From NCBI RefSeq assembly GCF_004010195.1, contig NC_057718.1:99491273-99555272 (forward strand): a stretch of DNA of 64,000 nucleotides, read 5' to 3'. The position numbers and the translations under genes were made by a program. This document shows, piece after piece, positions 12,105 through 24,382 of this stretch. Positions within the stretch are counted from its first letter, which is position 1. Each line of letters starts with the position of its first letter. Under the pieces are notes generated by a model. It did not search any database, had not been told where the DNA came from, and saw only the letters and a program-made list of their open reading frames with translations. The DNA comes from Chiloscyllium plagiosum. Lineage: Eukaryota.

Positions 12105-12442
12105 TGAGATGAGGGTGTCGTTGGCTGGGCCGCATTTATTGCCCATCCCTAATTGCCCAGAGGGCAGTTAAGAGTCATTCACATCGCTGTGGGTCAGGAG
12201 TCACATGTAGGCCAGACTGGGTAAAAATAGTGGATTTCCTTCCCGAAAGGGCATTAGTGAAACAGATGGATTTTCCCCAACAATAGATTTGTGGCTATCA
12301 TTAGACTTTTAATTCCAGATTTTAATTGATTTCAATTTCCACCATTTACCATGGCAGGATTTGAACTGAGGTCCCAGACTTTTACCTGGGTTTCTGGATT
12401 AACAGTCCCATTGGTATCACCAGTCATAAGGCTATCACCTGC
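12105..12442 (-). mobile_element. Second tRNA-derived SINE family (tail GGGATGGGCAATAAATGC)
   Basis: Similar to copies at 22634-22950, 25561-25880 and 58385-58700. Confidence 0.75.
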
Positions 12443-12737
12443 CTGTAAATGTTCACCTGAACAACATTTGTCCCTCCCTTGAGGCTTGTCTGTCAATTGG
12501 GGTCCGAGAGTAAAATACACTTCAACACCAATGCATGATCCTCCAAATCTGGGAGCAAGGAATGCTGTCCAATAGCTCCACCCTGTCCTAAATCTCTATG
12601 ATCAGTGATGAGGTGCTCATCTCTGAAAACCAGCTCTGCCAATCACAACTCCTTCCAATGCCTGACCTCAGCCTTTGGGAGCAACTGCTCTCCACTCAGA
12701 TCTCAGCCACAGCAGAAACACTCTAAGTGCATCCTTG

Positions 12738-12970
12738 TGAGAAAGTGAGGACGGCAGATGCTGGAGAGTCAGAGTCGAAAAGTATGGTGCTGCAGAAGCA
12801 CAGTGGGTCAGGCAGCATCCGAGGAGCAGGAGAGTCGACGTTTCAGGCATAAGCCCTTCATCAGGAATGTTGATGATTCCTGATGAAGGGCTTATGCATG
12901 AAAAGTTGACTCTCCTGCTCCTCGGATGGTGCCTGACCTGCTGTGCTTTTCCAGTGCCACACTTTTTGAG
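12738..12970. mobile_element. Head-to-head pair of PLE 3'-end fragments
   Basis: Minus copy 12738-12869 and plus copy 12876-12970 are mutual reverse complements around a short spacer. Confidence 0.8.
12837..12864 (-). ncRNA. Minimal hammerhead ribozyme core
   Basis: Reverse complement reads CTGATGA-A-GGGC TTAT GCCT-GAAACGTC. Confidence 0.7.
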
Positions 12971-14343
12971 TCAAAGCATTTTTGTAGAGATCAAATATAT
13001 TGCTTAACTTATGAGAGTCTGTGATCTGGCCAAAACGGTGAAGGTTCATTTGGAAAAGCACCAATCAAAATGAGAACTTCTGTTGGGCGCCAAGGTTTCT
13101 GAGAGATCGCACCAACCTTCCTAATAAAGGAGGCATTTCTGTTGGACTGCAAAACCCCCACCTGTGGCAGAGTCTGGAGGTCACATGCCAGGCTCATTGG
13201 ATTCGGGGCCAGCCATCGAACTGGAGTGGGAGAACATCATTGCCCGTCCTGAGGTACCTACCCAGGGGGACAATGCGAGAAAAGGATTTAATGTGCGATG
13301 CAGGGCCAGGAATATCTGAGTCTTAGCTGAAGTGTTGGTGGTAGCGACTCTGCCCATCTGAGATCTGATCACACCCAGATGCCAGCTGTGGCCGTCCATT
13401 ACAGTAGTTCCCCTGCCAACTTTGCCCCAATCCTGCCACCTTTAACGAGGCCGTGAAACCTGGCCCCCTTCCATTTACCCTCCATAGGTGCACCTCTCAC
13501 AGCGGCAGGAGCAGATTGAGGCCATTATTTACCGACACTTAAGGGCCTCAACAGGCCTAAAGTTGGGGGGGACAGTGGGGTAAGTGTTGGCCTGACACCT
13601 CTTTGACCCACCCTCATTTGGGGAACCACTTGGGAATGTGATCCACTTTCTTTCCCTCAGCCTCCCTCCAAATACCCCGCGAGCAAGGGAGGGTGATGTC
13701 AGGGAACCTTAAATGTCCCTGTGGACTCAGTGAACCATCGCAGGATGAAGTGGAACTAACAATTGTGTTAATTGTGCCTGAAGTCTATAATTATAGCATC
13801 GAATATCTGCCAGGATTGTACCAAGGCTTAATACTGTTTGTCTCAAATTCCTTTGTTCATTATTTACTTTATGTCGACTGATGGCTTCATTAGAATGATG
13901 GGACAAAGAAATGTTGGCACAAATATGTTATGCATTCAAACGATAATATCACAGCTAAATTTCAAGGCTCATGTAATACCACTAAAAAGTGGGTCATGAA
14001 CAATAGCATTTGGAGATTACAGTAGTTCCCCTGCCATCTTCGCCCCAATCCTCATGGATACAACAATGGTGCTGTGTCAATGCTAGCTCTATTGCTGCTG
14101 CCTTACTAAGTCCCAGTGCTACTGGCAGATATTAACCTGGACTTTCAACCCCAGGACAGGTAGCGGGATTTAGGAATTTCCTGCCAAGGCGGATGTGGGG
14201 TTTTCATGGTCGGGGATAACAGCTGCCTTTCAGATGGCCAAGCCTGGAAAGGTTCTGAGACAGTCACAAAGGGCATTCATTGGCCAAGGTGAGCTGTTTA
14301 AAGTCTATGACTATGAGTCCTTGCCCCAATCATAAAGAGAAAA

Positions 14344-14952
14344 GACTTCACCCCTTCACATTTCCTCCACCTTCTCCATGAATTCAGCACGTTCAATTCA
14401 TACCACCTCCAAATCCCAACTACCCCACCCCAGGGCTCACCATAGAGTCATACAGCACAGAAACAGACGCTTTGATCCAACCAGTCCATGCCGACCATAA
14501 TCCCAAACTAAACTTAGTCCCACCTGCCTGCTCCCGGCCCATATCCCTCCAAACCTTTCCTGTTCATGTGCTTGTCCAAATGTCTTTTAAACATTGTAAC
14601 TGTACCCACATCCACCACTTCCTCTGGAAGTTCATTCCACACACGAACTACCCGCTGTGTAAAACATTTGTTCCTCATCCTCTTTGAATCTCTTTCCTTT
14701 CAACTTAAAAATGTGTCCCCTCGTTTTGAAATCCCCTACCCAGGAGCAGGCAGGTGGGCCAGGAGCAGGCAGGTGGGACTAAGTTTAGTTTGGGATTATG
14801 GTCGGCATGGACTGGTTGGATCAAAGCGTCTGTTTCTGTGCTGTATGACTCTATGATGAGCCCTGGGGTGGGGTAGTTGGGATTTGGAGGTGGTATGAAT
14901 TGAACGTGATGAATTCATGGAGGGGGTGGAGGAAATGTGAAGGGGTGAAGTC
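14344..14952. repeat. Long inverted duplication (arms 14344-14540 and 14756-14952) including a CR1 tail and its flank
   Basis: Arms are near-identical reverse complements over ~197 bp. Confidence 0.92.
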
Positions 14953-15029
14953 CCCCATCTCCTTTCATGTGCCTTCGGTCCAAGACGTTTCTACGTCCTT
15001 TTCCCCATTCTATAACATATGCGGAGCAG

Positions 15030-15242
15030 CTACCTTGGACGGCTGGTTTGTAAAGTGGGGCAACTCTAGCCATGTGGGTTCAGTTCCCACACCCCCACTG
15101 ACGTTCCCATGAAGGACTGTCCTTCCCAAACTCTCCCCTCACCTGAGGTGGGATGGCGCTCAGGTTAGACACCACCAGTTGTCCATGTCATTCAAGAGAG
15201 AAAGGGTAGCCCTATGGTGCAGTAAAACTATGGTTAATTTAC
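15030..15242 (+). mobile_element. Third tRNA-derived SINE family (degenerate)
   Basis: Similar to the reverse complement of 27555-27770 (CATGAAGG..CCTTC..CCTGAGG..CTCAGGTTA..CCTATGGT..AGACTATGG). Confidence 0.65.
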
Positions 15243-15450
15243 AACATGTAGGAGCTTTCTTTTTTTTAAAAAAACTATTTATTGATAGCTTTCAACATTC
15301 TTTAAAATTAGCTCCTTTCCACTACAGCCCAAGAAATCCATCAATCATCCAGGCCCTTCAACTATCAATAGCTGATCCTGCAAGCATTTGAAACTTTGAA
15401 TCTTTTGTAGCTTAATGAGCACTGAAAAATTGGCAGCAGAGATCAGGGAA

Positions 15451-15819
15451 GGAACTCAGATTTCACCAGTTTCCTCATTTCCCCTCCCCCCCAGCCTGTC
15501 TCAGTCAAATCCATCAAATTCAGCACCGCCTTCCTAACCTGCAATCTTCTTCCCGACCTCTCCGCCCCCACCCCAGTCTGACCTATCACCCTCACCTTGA
15601 CCTCTTTCCACCTATCACATTTCCGACGCCCCTCCCCCATGTCCCTCCTCCCTATCTTTTACCTTAGCCTGCTGGACCAACTTTCCTCATTCCTGAAGAA
15701 GGGCTAATGCCCGAAACGTTGATTCTCCTGTTCCCTATATGCTGCCTGACCTGCTGTGCTTTTCCAGCAACACATTTCCATCTCTGATCTCCAGCATCTG
15801 CAGACCTCACTTTCTCCTT
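15451..15819 (+). mobile_element. 5'-truncated Penelope-like element 3' end
   Basis: 17 bp duplication CAGCAGAGATCAGGGAA at 15434-15450 and 15820-15836; homologous to 56560-57075, which carries the ORF end. Confidence 0.85.
15693..15720 (+). ncRNA. Minimal hammerhead ribozyme core (intact)
   Basis: CTGAAGA-A-GGGC TAAT GCCC-GAAACGTT. Confidence 0.75.
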
Positions 15820-16205
15820 CAGCAGAGATCAGGGAACCAAAACATACCAATCAAACATAGTTGTAGATGTTTCGAGCAAAGTAATTGAAGTCTGGGTTAT
15901 CAATCAACCTCAATATGTGTTCTTCTTAAATATACCTTTTTAAAGATAATAAAGCAATTCTATCCCCAAAGACTCATTGAGCTGAGCGAGCAACAGTATC
16001 CACAATTTTTTTCAGTCCATTCAAGATCTAAGTGTCACAGGAACATGGAGAAAGAACAAGCCATTCAGTCAATCAAGGTTTCTTTGCTATTTAGTAAGGA
16101 TGTAGCTAATCTGATTGTAAGAGTAACTGTACATTGTTGCCACTTACCCTTGATTCCCTTATCAGTCAAAAATTGGCCTGACTCAGCCTTGAATATTTTA
16201 AGTGA

Positions 16206-16496
16206 CCCAGTTCCCATTGCTACGTAGAGTCACAGAGGAATACAGCAAGGAAACTGACCCTTTGGTCCAACTCATCCACGCTAACCAAGTTTCCCAAACT
16301 AAACTAGTCCCCCAAGCCTGTATTTGGTCCATATCCCTCTAAACCTTTCCTATTCATGTAATTATCCAAATGTCTTTCAAATGCTGTAAGTGTACTTGCA
16401 TCCAACACTTCCTCTGGCAAGCTTTTTGACACACGAACTATCCTCTGTGTAAAAGACTTACCCGCCAGGTCCCTTTTACATCTTCCCCTCTCACTT
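16206..16496 (-). mobile_element. CR1/HER1 3' tail inserted in an older LINE
   Basis: TAGAGTCACAGAG tail followed by the standard 3' UTR. Confidence 0.8.
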
Positions 16497-16744
16497 ATTT
16501 GTGGAAGAGAATCTCACAGACTAACAAATCTCTGAAAGAATTTTTTGCCTGCACTCTGTCTTGGTTGTTAAAGTTTGGCTCCTAATTCTAGATCCCCCCC
16601 AGGACAACAAACACCCTCTCAGCATTCACCATGTCACGCCTCCTCAGAACGGGACAAAGTGTCATTGAATTCATTACTCATTCTTCAAAACTCCAGCAGC
16701 TATGAGCCCAACCTGCTCAACCTTACCTCACAAAACCAAAGGAG

Positions 16745-17425
16745 TTCAGGTACATAATTCTTTGAAACTTGCGTCACAGGTAGACAGATTGGTTGAGAAG
16801 GCATCTAGCATGTTTACCTTCATTGCTCAGACCATTGAGCATAGGCGTTGGAATGTCATGTTGAGGTAGTACAGGTCATGAGCAACGCCTCTTCTGGAAT
16901 ACTGTGTCCAGTTCTGGTCAGCCTGCTGTAGGAAGGATATTATTAAAACTGGAGAGGGTTCAGAAAAGATTTACCAGGGTGTTGCTGGGAATTGAGGGTT
17001 TGAGCCATAAAAACAGGCCGGATAGGCTGGAACTTTTTCCAGGCTCCGAGCGCAGAAGGTTGAGGGGGTGACGCTATGGAGGTGTACAAAAATCACAAGG
17101 GGCATAGATAAAGTGAAGAGCCAAGGGTCTTTTCCCTAGGGTAGGGTAGTTCAAAGCGTTAAGGTGAGAGGAGAAAGTTTTAAAAAGGCCATGAGGGACA
17201 ATGTTTCCATGTGGTTTATGTGTGGAATGAACTTCCAGAGGAAGTGGTGGATGCAGGATGAATTACAACATTTGAAAGACATTTGGATAAATACATGAAA
17301 AGGAAACGTTAGGAGAGATATAGGATGAGTGCAAGCAGATGGGACTAGTTTATTTTGGAAACATGGTCAGCATGGACTAGTTGGACTGAAGGGCCTGTTT
17401 CCATGCTGTATGACTCTTAGACTCT
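16745..17425 (+). mobile_element. CR1 LINE 3' fragment
   Basis: CTGGAATACTGTGTCCAGTTCTGG (LEYCVQFW) to CTGTATGACTCT tail. Confidence 0.88.
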
Positions 17426-17439
17426 GTAATGCTTCAACT

Positions 17440-17692
17440 CAGGAGTTAAGTGAATAGACCAGCAATGTAGGAACGCACATGGCAGCCAATTTACATACAG
17501 CAAGTTCCCACAAACAGCAATGCAATATTGACCAGATAATATGTTCTTGGTGATGTAGCTTGAAGGCTCAATGTTAAAATGGTCACTGGGGAAAACTCCT
17601 CTTGCTTCTTCTTGAAATTGTGGTCATTGGAGCTTTTATAACAATCTTTGGGGCAAAATGGGGTCTTGGTTTAAGATTTCACCTGAAGGACT
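17440..17692 (-). mobile_element. Deu-domain SINE remnant
   Basis: Reverse complement resembles the 3' half of the Deu SINE seen at 11610-11835 and 59478-59730. Confidence 0.55.
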
Positions 17693-20600
17693 CTGATGTC
17701 TTTCCTCTAATTCACACTTATTTTAAGTAATGTCATTAACAAATCCTTTTTTTTTTAACTAGAGCAAATTCTCAAACATTTAATTTAAAAAAAAATCGAG
17801 TGTTTCAAATAACCCAATCGCATCTTTGATTCTACTGGTCCTGAGGTAAAACATAAAGATTTGGCTTATGGAACCTTCCAAGATAAGAAAGAAAATCTCA
17901 AAACTTTTACAATTAACACCAGATCAGCAACACTATGGGCTGACTGGTTGTGCCTCTATTTGGCATCTACTCAATACCATTTGGCATCACCGACAACAAT
18001 GGCAGGCAAAATGGCTGCAGGGTTGTAAAGGTCAAGGGTCAAAGTGAAAAGATGGTTTTCCTTTCCACAAGATGGCTGACTATAAAAATCAATGTCTGGT
18101 GCAAAATGACAAATGGCAATGAATTATTTGAATTTTACGAGAATCTATCGTTTCAAACTCTGACTGCGAACCTGCAGAGTGGAGTCCAATTGAACTGCAG
18201 TTAAAAAATGTCTGAGAAAATATCTTGAACAGCAATGGGGCTTTTTTTTCTACCCCTCAGGACATTAGGCCTCAGTAGCTGGGGAGGTGGGGAATTTGGA
18301 CTCACAAAGAGCCCCCTTTGGATATGTTCGCAGAAGGGAATCTCCAAACTTCGAAATGCTCTCACTGACTGCACAGAAAAGTCTCTCCAATACATTGTTG
18401 CTAGCGCTGATTCAATCATATCGTTTCATCTGTGCAGGAAAAACAAGTTTCAAAGGGAGTGCTTTTTTTTCACTCACTGGGAGTCACCCAGGCCTGCTTT
18501 TGAGAGGACTCTGTGGGAGCCCTTTGTTACTGTATCCTCACACCCATCAGAAATGTCAACATATTTCAAGGTCTCTTAAAAAGGAAATTTTATTGCTTTT
18601 TCTAAAAAAAAAGTGGCCTCTTTGAAAGTACTTTTCTGAGCCTTAATGGCTGGGGGCAGAGAAGTAAATGTAAACTCAAAGATCGAACATTTCCGGCCTG
18701 TACAACAGTTTGATTGGTGCATGGAATCTACAGTGTTCTCGTGGCTATTGGAGACACTGATCCATGGGGTGTGGGGGTCAGAGTTCATGCCAGCAAATAC
18801 AAATGCTCACTTTGAAGTGTTGTTTTTGGTGGAGAGAAATGTTAAGGCAGGAATTCAATGGTACTTACTGGAGCCACTTGTTCTGTGAGGTAGTATGTGA
18901 GGTAGTCTGTGAGCCACATGAGGTAGTATGACTGACATGGTCCAATTATACGGCTAAAATATCACTCTCCGTGGTTATACGGTATTCGTAGAATCTCAGA
19001 GTTGTCACTGAGCAGAAAGAGGCCATTTGGCCCATAGTGTCTGCACTAGTTCCGTCCCCTAATAGCCAATCCCTTCGGTTGGCATGGCCCAGTTTGACCG
19101 AAGGGTCCATTTCCTTGCCATACAATGCTATGATCCTCTGACTGTTGCTCCTTTCCCCAAATCCCTCACACCATTCAGTCCGAATAACCATCCATCACCC
19201 CTCTTGAATGTTTCAATTGAACTTACCTCCCCCATCCCGATTTCCAGGCAGTCCATTCTATACCTAACTGCTCAATGCGTGGAGAAGATCTTTCCACATC
19301 ACCTCTGTTTTATCCAGACATCACTTTAAATCTACGCCTCCTGTTCTTTTCTCTTTTATAAAGGGGAACAGCTACTCCCTATCTACTCTATCCAACCTGC
19401 TCGTGTTTCTGAGAACTTCTGTGAGATCCCCGCTCATCTTTCTCTTCCTCGAGAACAGTCCCAAACTCTTCAATCTATCCTCACGACTGGTGGATTCATA
19501 TTCTGGTGAAGGTGGACCTCTCTGAGTACACGTCCCTCTGCTAATGCATTAAGATTTTTAATGTGGATGCAAAAGCCGCTGGGATTGTCCGTCATGCATT
19601 CGCTTTAGAACGTTTGATGCTAAAGGATAAAGGAGATTCATTGGAATCAATGGTTTTAAGTATCTGGCACTGATGGACAGTCATTCAGATACTGGCCTGT
19701 TTTAAGCAAGCCTCAAATGTTGTTAAGAGTTCTAGTCTTCCAGATGTTCCAACTCCACCCACTCTGTACTATTTATACTCAGTGAGGTACAGCTCCATGA
19801 CATTGTTGCTCCAGGCTCCTGCATGTCTTCCTCAACTGTTGTCCATTCATTCACACAATCTCTGTGTCATGGATCCTCTGATCAGTTAAGTCAGTTAGTA
19901 GAGTAACATCAGTAAACATAGCACCCAGGCCACGTGCATAAGAATGTGATTTTGTCGCCTTATAAGTACTTCACATTGTAAATGAACTTCAAGCTATCTG
20001 TCTCATGGGAGCCCACCTCTTTGTGACATAGTTGAATGGGTTAACATATAGTCAACCATAGATTGCACCACAGTAACTAGGTCCACTGGAAGAATTGACA
20101 TTGTAGCCCATGCCTTGGAATATACTCTACGAAGGAGTTAATCTCCTTCCTTCCCAGGATTGTTGTTGGCAGAGAAACAAATTGTTAGATTTCCGACCAC
20201 TGGATAATCTTAACTCAGTCGTGCATTGCAGCACAACAATATCCTGTTAATGATCTTTCTTTTTGCTTTGTTTGGTGAGTAAATTTTAAAGGATTGTAGC
20301 ACCTATCAGTGCAGCATAGTTGGTCATGGCTTTCTGAGCTTGAATGAAGCAAAATCTCCAACAAAAGCAGAGATTGCTGGAAAATCTCCACAGATCTGAC
20401 AACATTTATGGAGAGCGAGAGGGAGAGAGAGAGAGAGAGAGAGAGAAGCAGAGCTTCTTCAAGATGGGCATAGAAGTAGCAGTGTGTTAAACACCAAAAT
20501 TAAACAAGGAACTGCAGATGTCAGAAATCTGAAACAAAAACAGATATTGCTGGAGAAACTCAGCAGGTCTGGCTGTATGTATGAAGAGAGAAACAGAGTT

Positions 20601-21339
20601 AAGTAAAATCTCCCTCCATTCAAAGCTATTGGGACTCATGGGAAATTGAAAGGTGACAAACATGAGGCTGTTTCAATAATTAATCTTTGCAGTTTGAGGT
20701 TATTGAAACAGATTCACGTTCTGTGACACGTTCTTTATAAACTTAGGAGACGATTTTGAAGGGGAGGCCGGGGAGAGGCCTGGTTCATTGTCAGTCATCA
20801 ACGAGTACAGAGTTCAGAAAATTCCAGAGAAAAAACTGAAAGGATTGACAAGGTCAATTTTATTTTCAATCAGCAGGCCCCCTAAAAGAGCAACGAGAGC
20901 TCTTCAAGTAGTAACTCCCCAATGGGAATCCCTGTCAGGAATTAATTTGCAGGTCCACCGGGGGACAGGACAGCGAGAGAAAGGCAGATTGGATACCTCC
21001 TTCAAAAATCTAATTTTTTTTTACTCTTTCATGAGGTATGGGCTGTGCTGACAAGGAGACAATTCATTGCCTCCTCCCTCAGTTGCCTTTGAGAAGGAGT
21101 CAGCCACATTGGTGCAGACCTGGAGTTACGAGTAGGCCAGGCCAGGTAAGAAGAGCAGTTTCCTTTGCTTAAAGGCATTAGTGAATCAGATAGGTTGTAA
21201 ACCAATCAAAGCTAGCTTTATAGGTCACCATTATCTTATTGCATCACTAGCTTCCAGATTTAATCATTGAATTTAAATTCCACCAACTACTGTGGTGGGG
21301 TGGGAATTGAACTCCCTTTCCCAGAGCATCAATAATATC

Positions 21340-21545
21340 AAATAAACCTGGAACATTCTAGACACACGCAACAGATCTGGCCGAATCCATAGAGAGAGAG
21401 AGAAACAGAGTTAACATTTCGGGTCTGGTCTGGCTCTTCGTTCTGATGCACACAAGTCTCAAAAGGTCAACTCTGTCTCCCTCTCTCCACTGATGCTGCC
21501 AGACCTGCTGAGTTTCGCCAGCATTAACTGTTTTTATTTCAGATT
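21340..21545. mobile_element. Head-to-head remnants of a PLE-derived short element (GTTAACTCTG family)
   Basis: Inverted halves around AACAGAGTTAAC / TCAACTCTGT..GATGCTGCCAGACCTGCTGAG; same family at 20350-20600, 25300-25385, 41340-41590, 47110-47280 and 55815-55915. Confidence 0.6.
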
Positions 21546-21589
21546 GACAATCGTATTTCTATCATCAGCTTTTATCCCCAAGTTATAGA

Positions 21590-22090
21590 ATCATAGAATC
21601 ATAGAGTCATAGAGAGTCATACAGCACAGAAACAGGCCTTTTAGCCCAATTCATCCATGCTGACCAAGTTTCCTAATCTGAACTTGTCCCATTTGCCTGT
21701 GCTTTCTCTGCATCCCTCTAAACCTTTCCTAACCACGTACTATCTATGAGGGAATGTCATAAGTTCAATGACATTCCATTTAAGTTCAGGACTAGGGGTC
21801 ACAGTCTAACAATAAAGGGTAAGCCATTCAGGACTGAGATGGGGAAGAATGTCTTCACTCAGAGAGTTGTGAACCTGTGGAATTCTCTCCCACAGGAAGC
21901 TGTTGGGGCCAGTTCGTTAGATAGATTCAGGAGGGAGCTGGACATGACCCTTGTGGGTAAAGGATCAAGGGGGATGGAGTGGGATACCGAGATTACATGA
22001 TCAGCCATGATCATATTGAATGATGGGGCAGACTCCAAGGGCCATATGGTCTACTCCTGCACCTATTTTCTATGTTTTTATATTTCTATT
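21590..22090. mobile_element. Two CR1 3' fragments (minus 21590-21742; plus 21780-22090)
   Basis: (ATAGAATC/ATAGAGTC)n tail; RTRGHSL..FTQRVVNLWNSLP peptide. Confidence 0.8.
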
Positions 22091-22633
22091 ACCATTCTGT
22101 TGTATAGCTTGAAGAGTGAGTACAGGAAAATTGGACTGAATGGACCTTTTGACCAGTATGATTTCCATGAGCTTATTTTGAATATTTACCAAAAATGCAC
22201 TCTCCTCATGCTTACTAAGGACGTACTAATCTAACAGGTGGAGAACAATTGGGTAATCAATGTGAGACTTGAGCTGCTTTATCCCATCTCCTCCACACAA
22301 TACCTGTTCATGACTGTTCGCCCACTAGACAGTGTAAGCTCATAGTTGTCCAGACACTGACTCTGTTATCAATGCAGTTGTGGCTTTGACTCACACCATG
22401 AGTGATCCCTGCTACTCCTACTGTCTGCTAACTTGGTTTAATATAAAGCTCACAGCTGTTGGAAATGCAAATTTGGGAACCCTCACAGGCACACTCTTTA
22501 AAGGTTTCACCTACTCTGCAGTTTATGGGCATCACCGGTTGGAAGAAGGGTTTGGTCTTTAATGTTTTGCTCGGGACGTTTCTTCATCAGATGGTGAGGC
22601 CATTCTGAAACCTGCCATTGTGGATCAGTCAAG

Positions 22634-22950
22634 GAAGGCAATGGTCTAGTGGTATTATTGCTAGACTGTTAATCTAGAGACCCAGGTAATGTTCTGCGGA
22701 TCTGGGTTCAAATCCTGTGAAGGAAGATGGTGGAATTTGAATTCAATAAATATCTGGAATGAACAGTCTAATGATGAGCATGAATCCATTATTGGAAAAA
22801 CCCATCTAGTTCACTAAGGCTCTTTAGGGCATGAAACTGCTATGCTTACCTGGTCTGGCCTACAAGTGACTCCAGACCCACAGCAATCTGGCTGACTCAA
22901 CTTAGGGATGGGCAATAAATGCCGGTCCAACCAGTGATGCTGTGAATGAA
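22634..22950 (+). mobile_element. Second tRNA-derived SINE family
   Basis: GGCAATGGTCTAGTGG A-box, GGTTCAAATCC B-box, GGGATGGGCAATAAATGC tail. Confidence 0.8.
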
Positions 22951-23296
22951 TTGAAAACCAAATCAGCATGGCCCACACCTTCAGTTGAAGTGGGTAAACT
23001 TGGACATTCCTCCACCTGAACTTAATGCTGTTGCTATGCAGAAGATTGGGTCTACTGCATTATTGAAGGGAGCTAGCAGCAGGTCTGAAGTGTTTTTAAG
23101 GCCTAACCTATGGATTAACACTTTAGCTCAGTATGAAGTGTGCAACACTGTTGTACCTCTCTTCAAAGACTGTCCATCGTCCTTGTGATCCCTCACATCA
23201 TGAGTGAATAATTACCTTTTAATTATTAAATATTCAATTATTAACTCTTTATTCAGCATGTGGTGCTTGTTCCAGCTTCCTCAAGCCACCCAGGAT

Positions 23297-23992
23297 GCAG
23301 GTATATAATTCTTTTAAGTTTGCATCACATATACACAGGGTGGTTAAAAAGGCATTTAGTACACTGACCTTCATTGCTTAGTCCTTTGAGTGTAGGAATT
23401 GGGACGTCATGTTGAGGTTGTACAGGATGTTGGTGAGGCCTCTTCTGGAGCACTGTGTGCAGTTCTGGTCTCCCTATTATAGGAAGGATATTATTAAGAT
23501 GAAGAGGCTTGAGACAAGATTTACCAGGATGCTGATGGGTATGGAAGGTTTGAGTTATAAGGAGAGACTGGATTGGTTGGGACTTTTTTCACTGAAGCGT
23601 AGGAGGTTGAGAGGTGACCTTATAAAAGTTTATAACATAATGGACAGGTTTAGATAGAGTTAATGGTAGTTGTCTTTTCTCAGGGATGGGGCACTTCAAG
23701 ACTAGGGGGCACATTTTTAAGGTGAGAGGAGAGAGATTTAAAAAAGACATGAGGGGAAATTTTTTTTGTTACACAGAGGGTGGTTTGTCTGTGGAATGAA
23801 CTTCCTGAGGAAGTGGTGGACGTGGGTGCAGTTACAACATTTTAAGATTTGGATAAGTACATGAATAGGAAAGGTTTGGAGGGATATGGGCCAGGAGCAG
23901 GCAGGTGGGACCAGTTTAGTTTGGGATTATGGTCAGCATGGAGTGGATGGACCAAAGGGTCTGTGTCCGTGTTGGATGACTGTATGACTCTA
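23297..23992 (+). mobile_element. CR1 LINE 3' fragment
   Basis: MLRLYRMLVRPLLEHCVQFWSPYYRKD peptide; TATGACTCT tail. Confidence 0.9.
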
Positions 23993-24111
23993 AGACAGTT
24001 TTAACAATAGTAATTGGCAATTTGGATCAAAATAGTTTGTGAAATCCAGACATTCTGTCTTATTAGCACCGTAGCTCGAAGGTCATGGGTGTGCAATAAT
24101 CTATCTGTACA

Positions 24112-24382
24112 AGGGCTCTTTAGTGATGCAATAGTAGTGTCTCTACCTCTGAGCCAGTTTCAAATCCCACCTGCTCCAGAGATGTGCCATAACACTGCTG
24201 ATTAGCTGGATTAGAAAATATCAAATATGTCTGAACAGGCTGATTAAAAATAAGCCAAGAATTTGGAGTCTTTTAGCAAAGTGGTAGTGTTCCTAACTCT
24301 GAGCCAGGGGATATTGATTCACTCCCCCACCTGCCCCAAAGAGTGCAATAACATCTCTAAAAAGGTTGGACAAAAAATATCA
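24112..24382 (+). mobile_element. Tandem pair of short tRNA-like SINE units (~110 bp)
   Basis: Two units GTAGTGT..CT.A.CTCTGAGCCAG..CCCACCTG..CCA.AG..TG..ATAACA..GATTAGAAAATATC; same arrangement at 28340-28592. Confidence 0.6.

Noticed and set aside
17950..18888. Cluster of 70-114 aa ORFs as exons
   Set aside because: Overlapping in several frames with no recognisable protein; more consistent with non-coding unique DNA
18886..18930. let-7 miRNA gene
   Set aside because: Only the first 9-10 nt match let-7 and there is no complementary 3p arm
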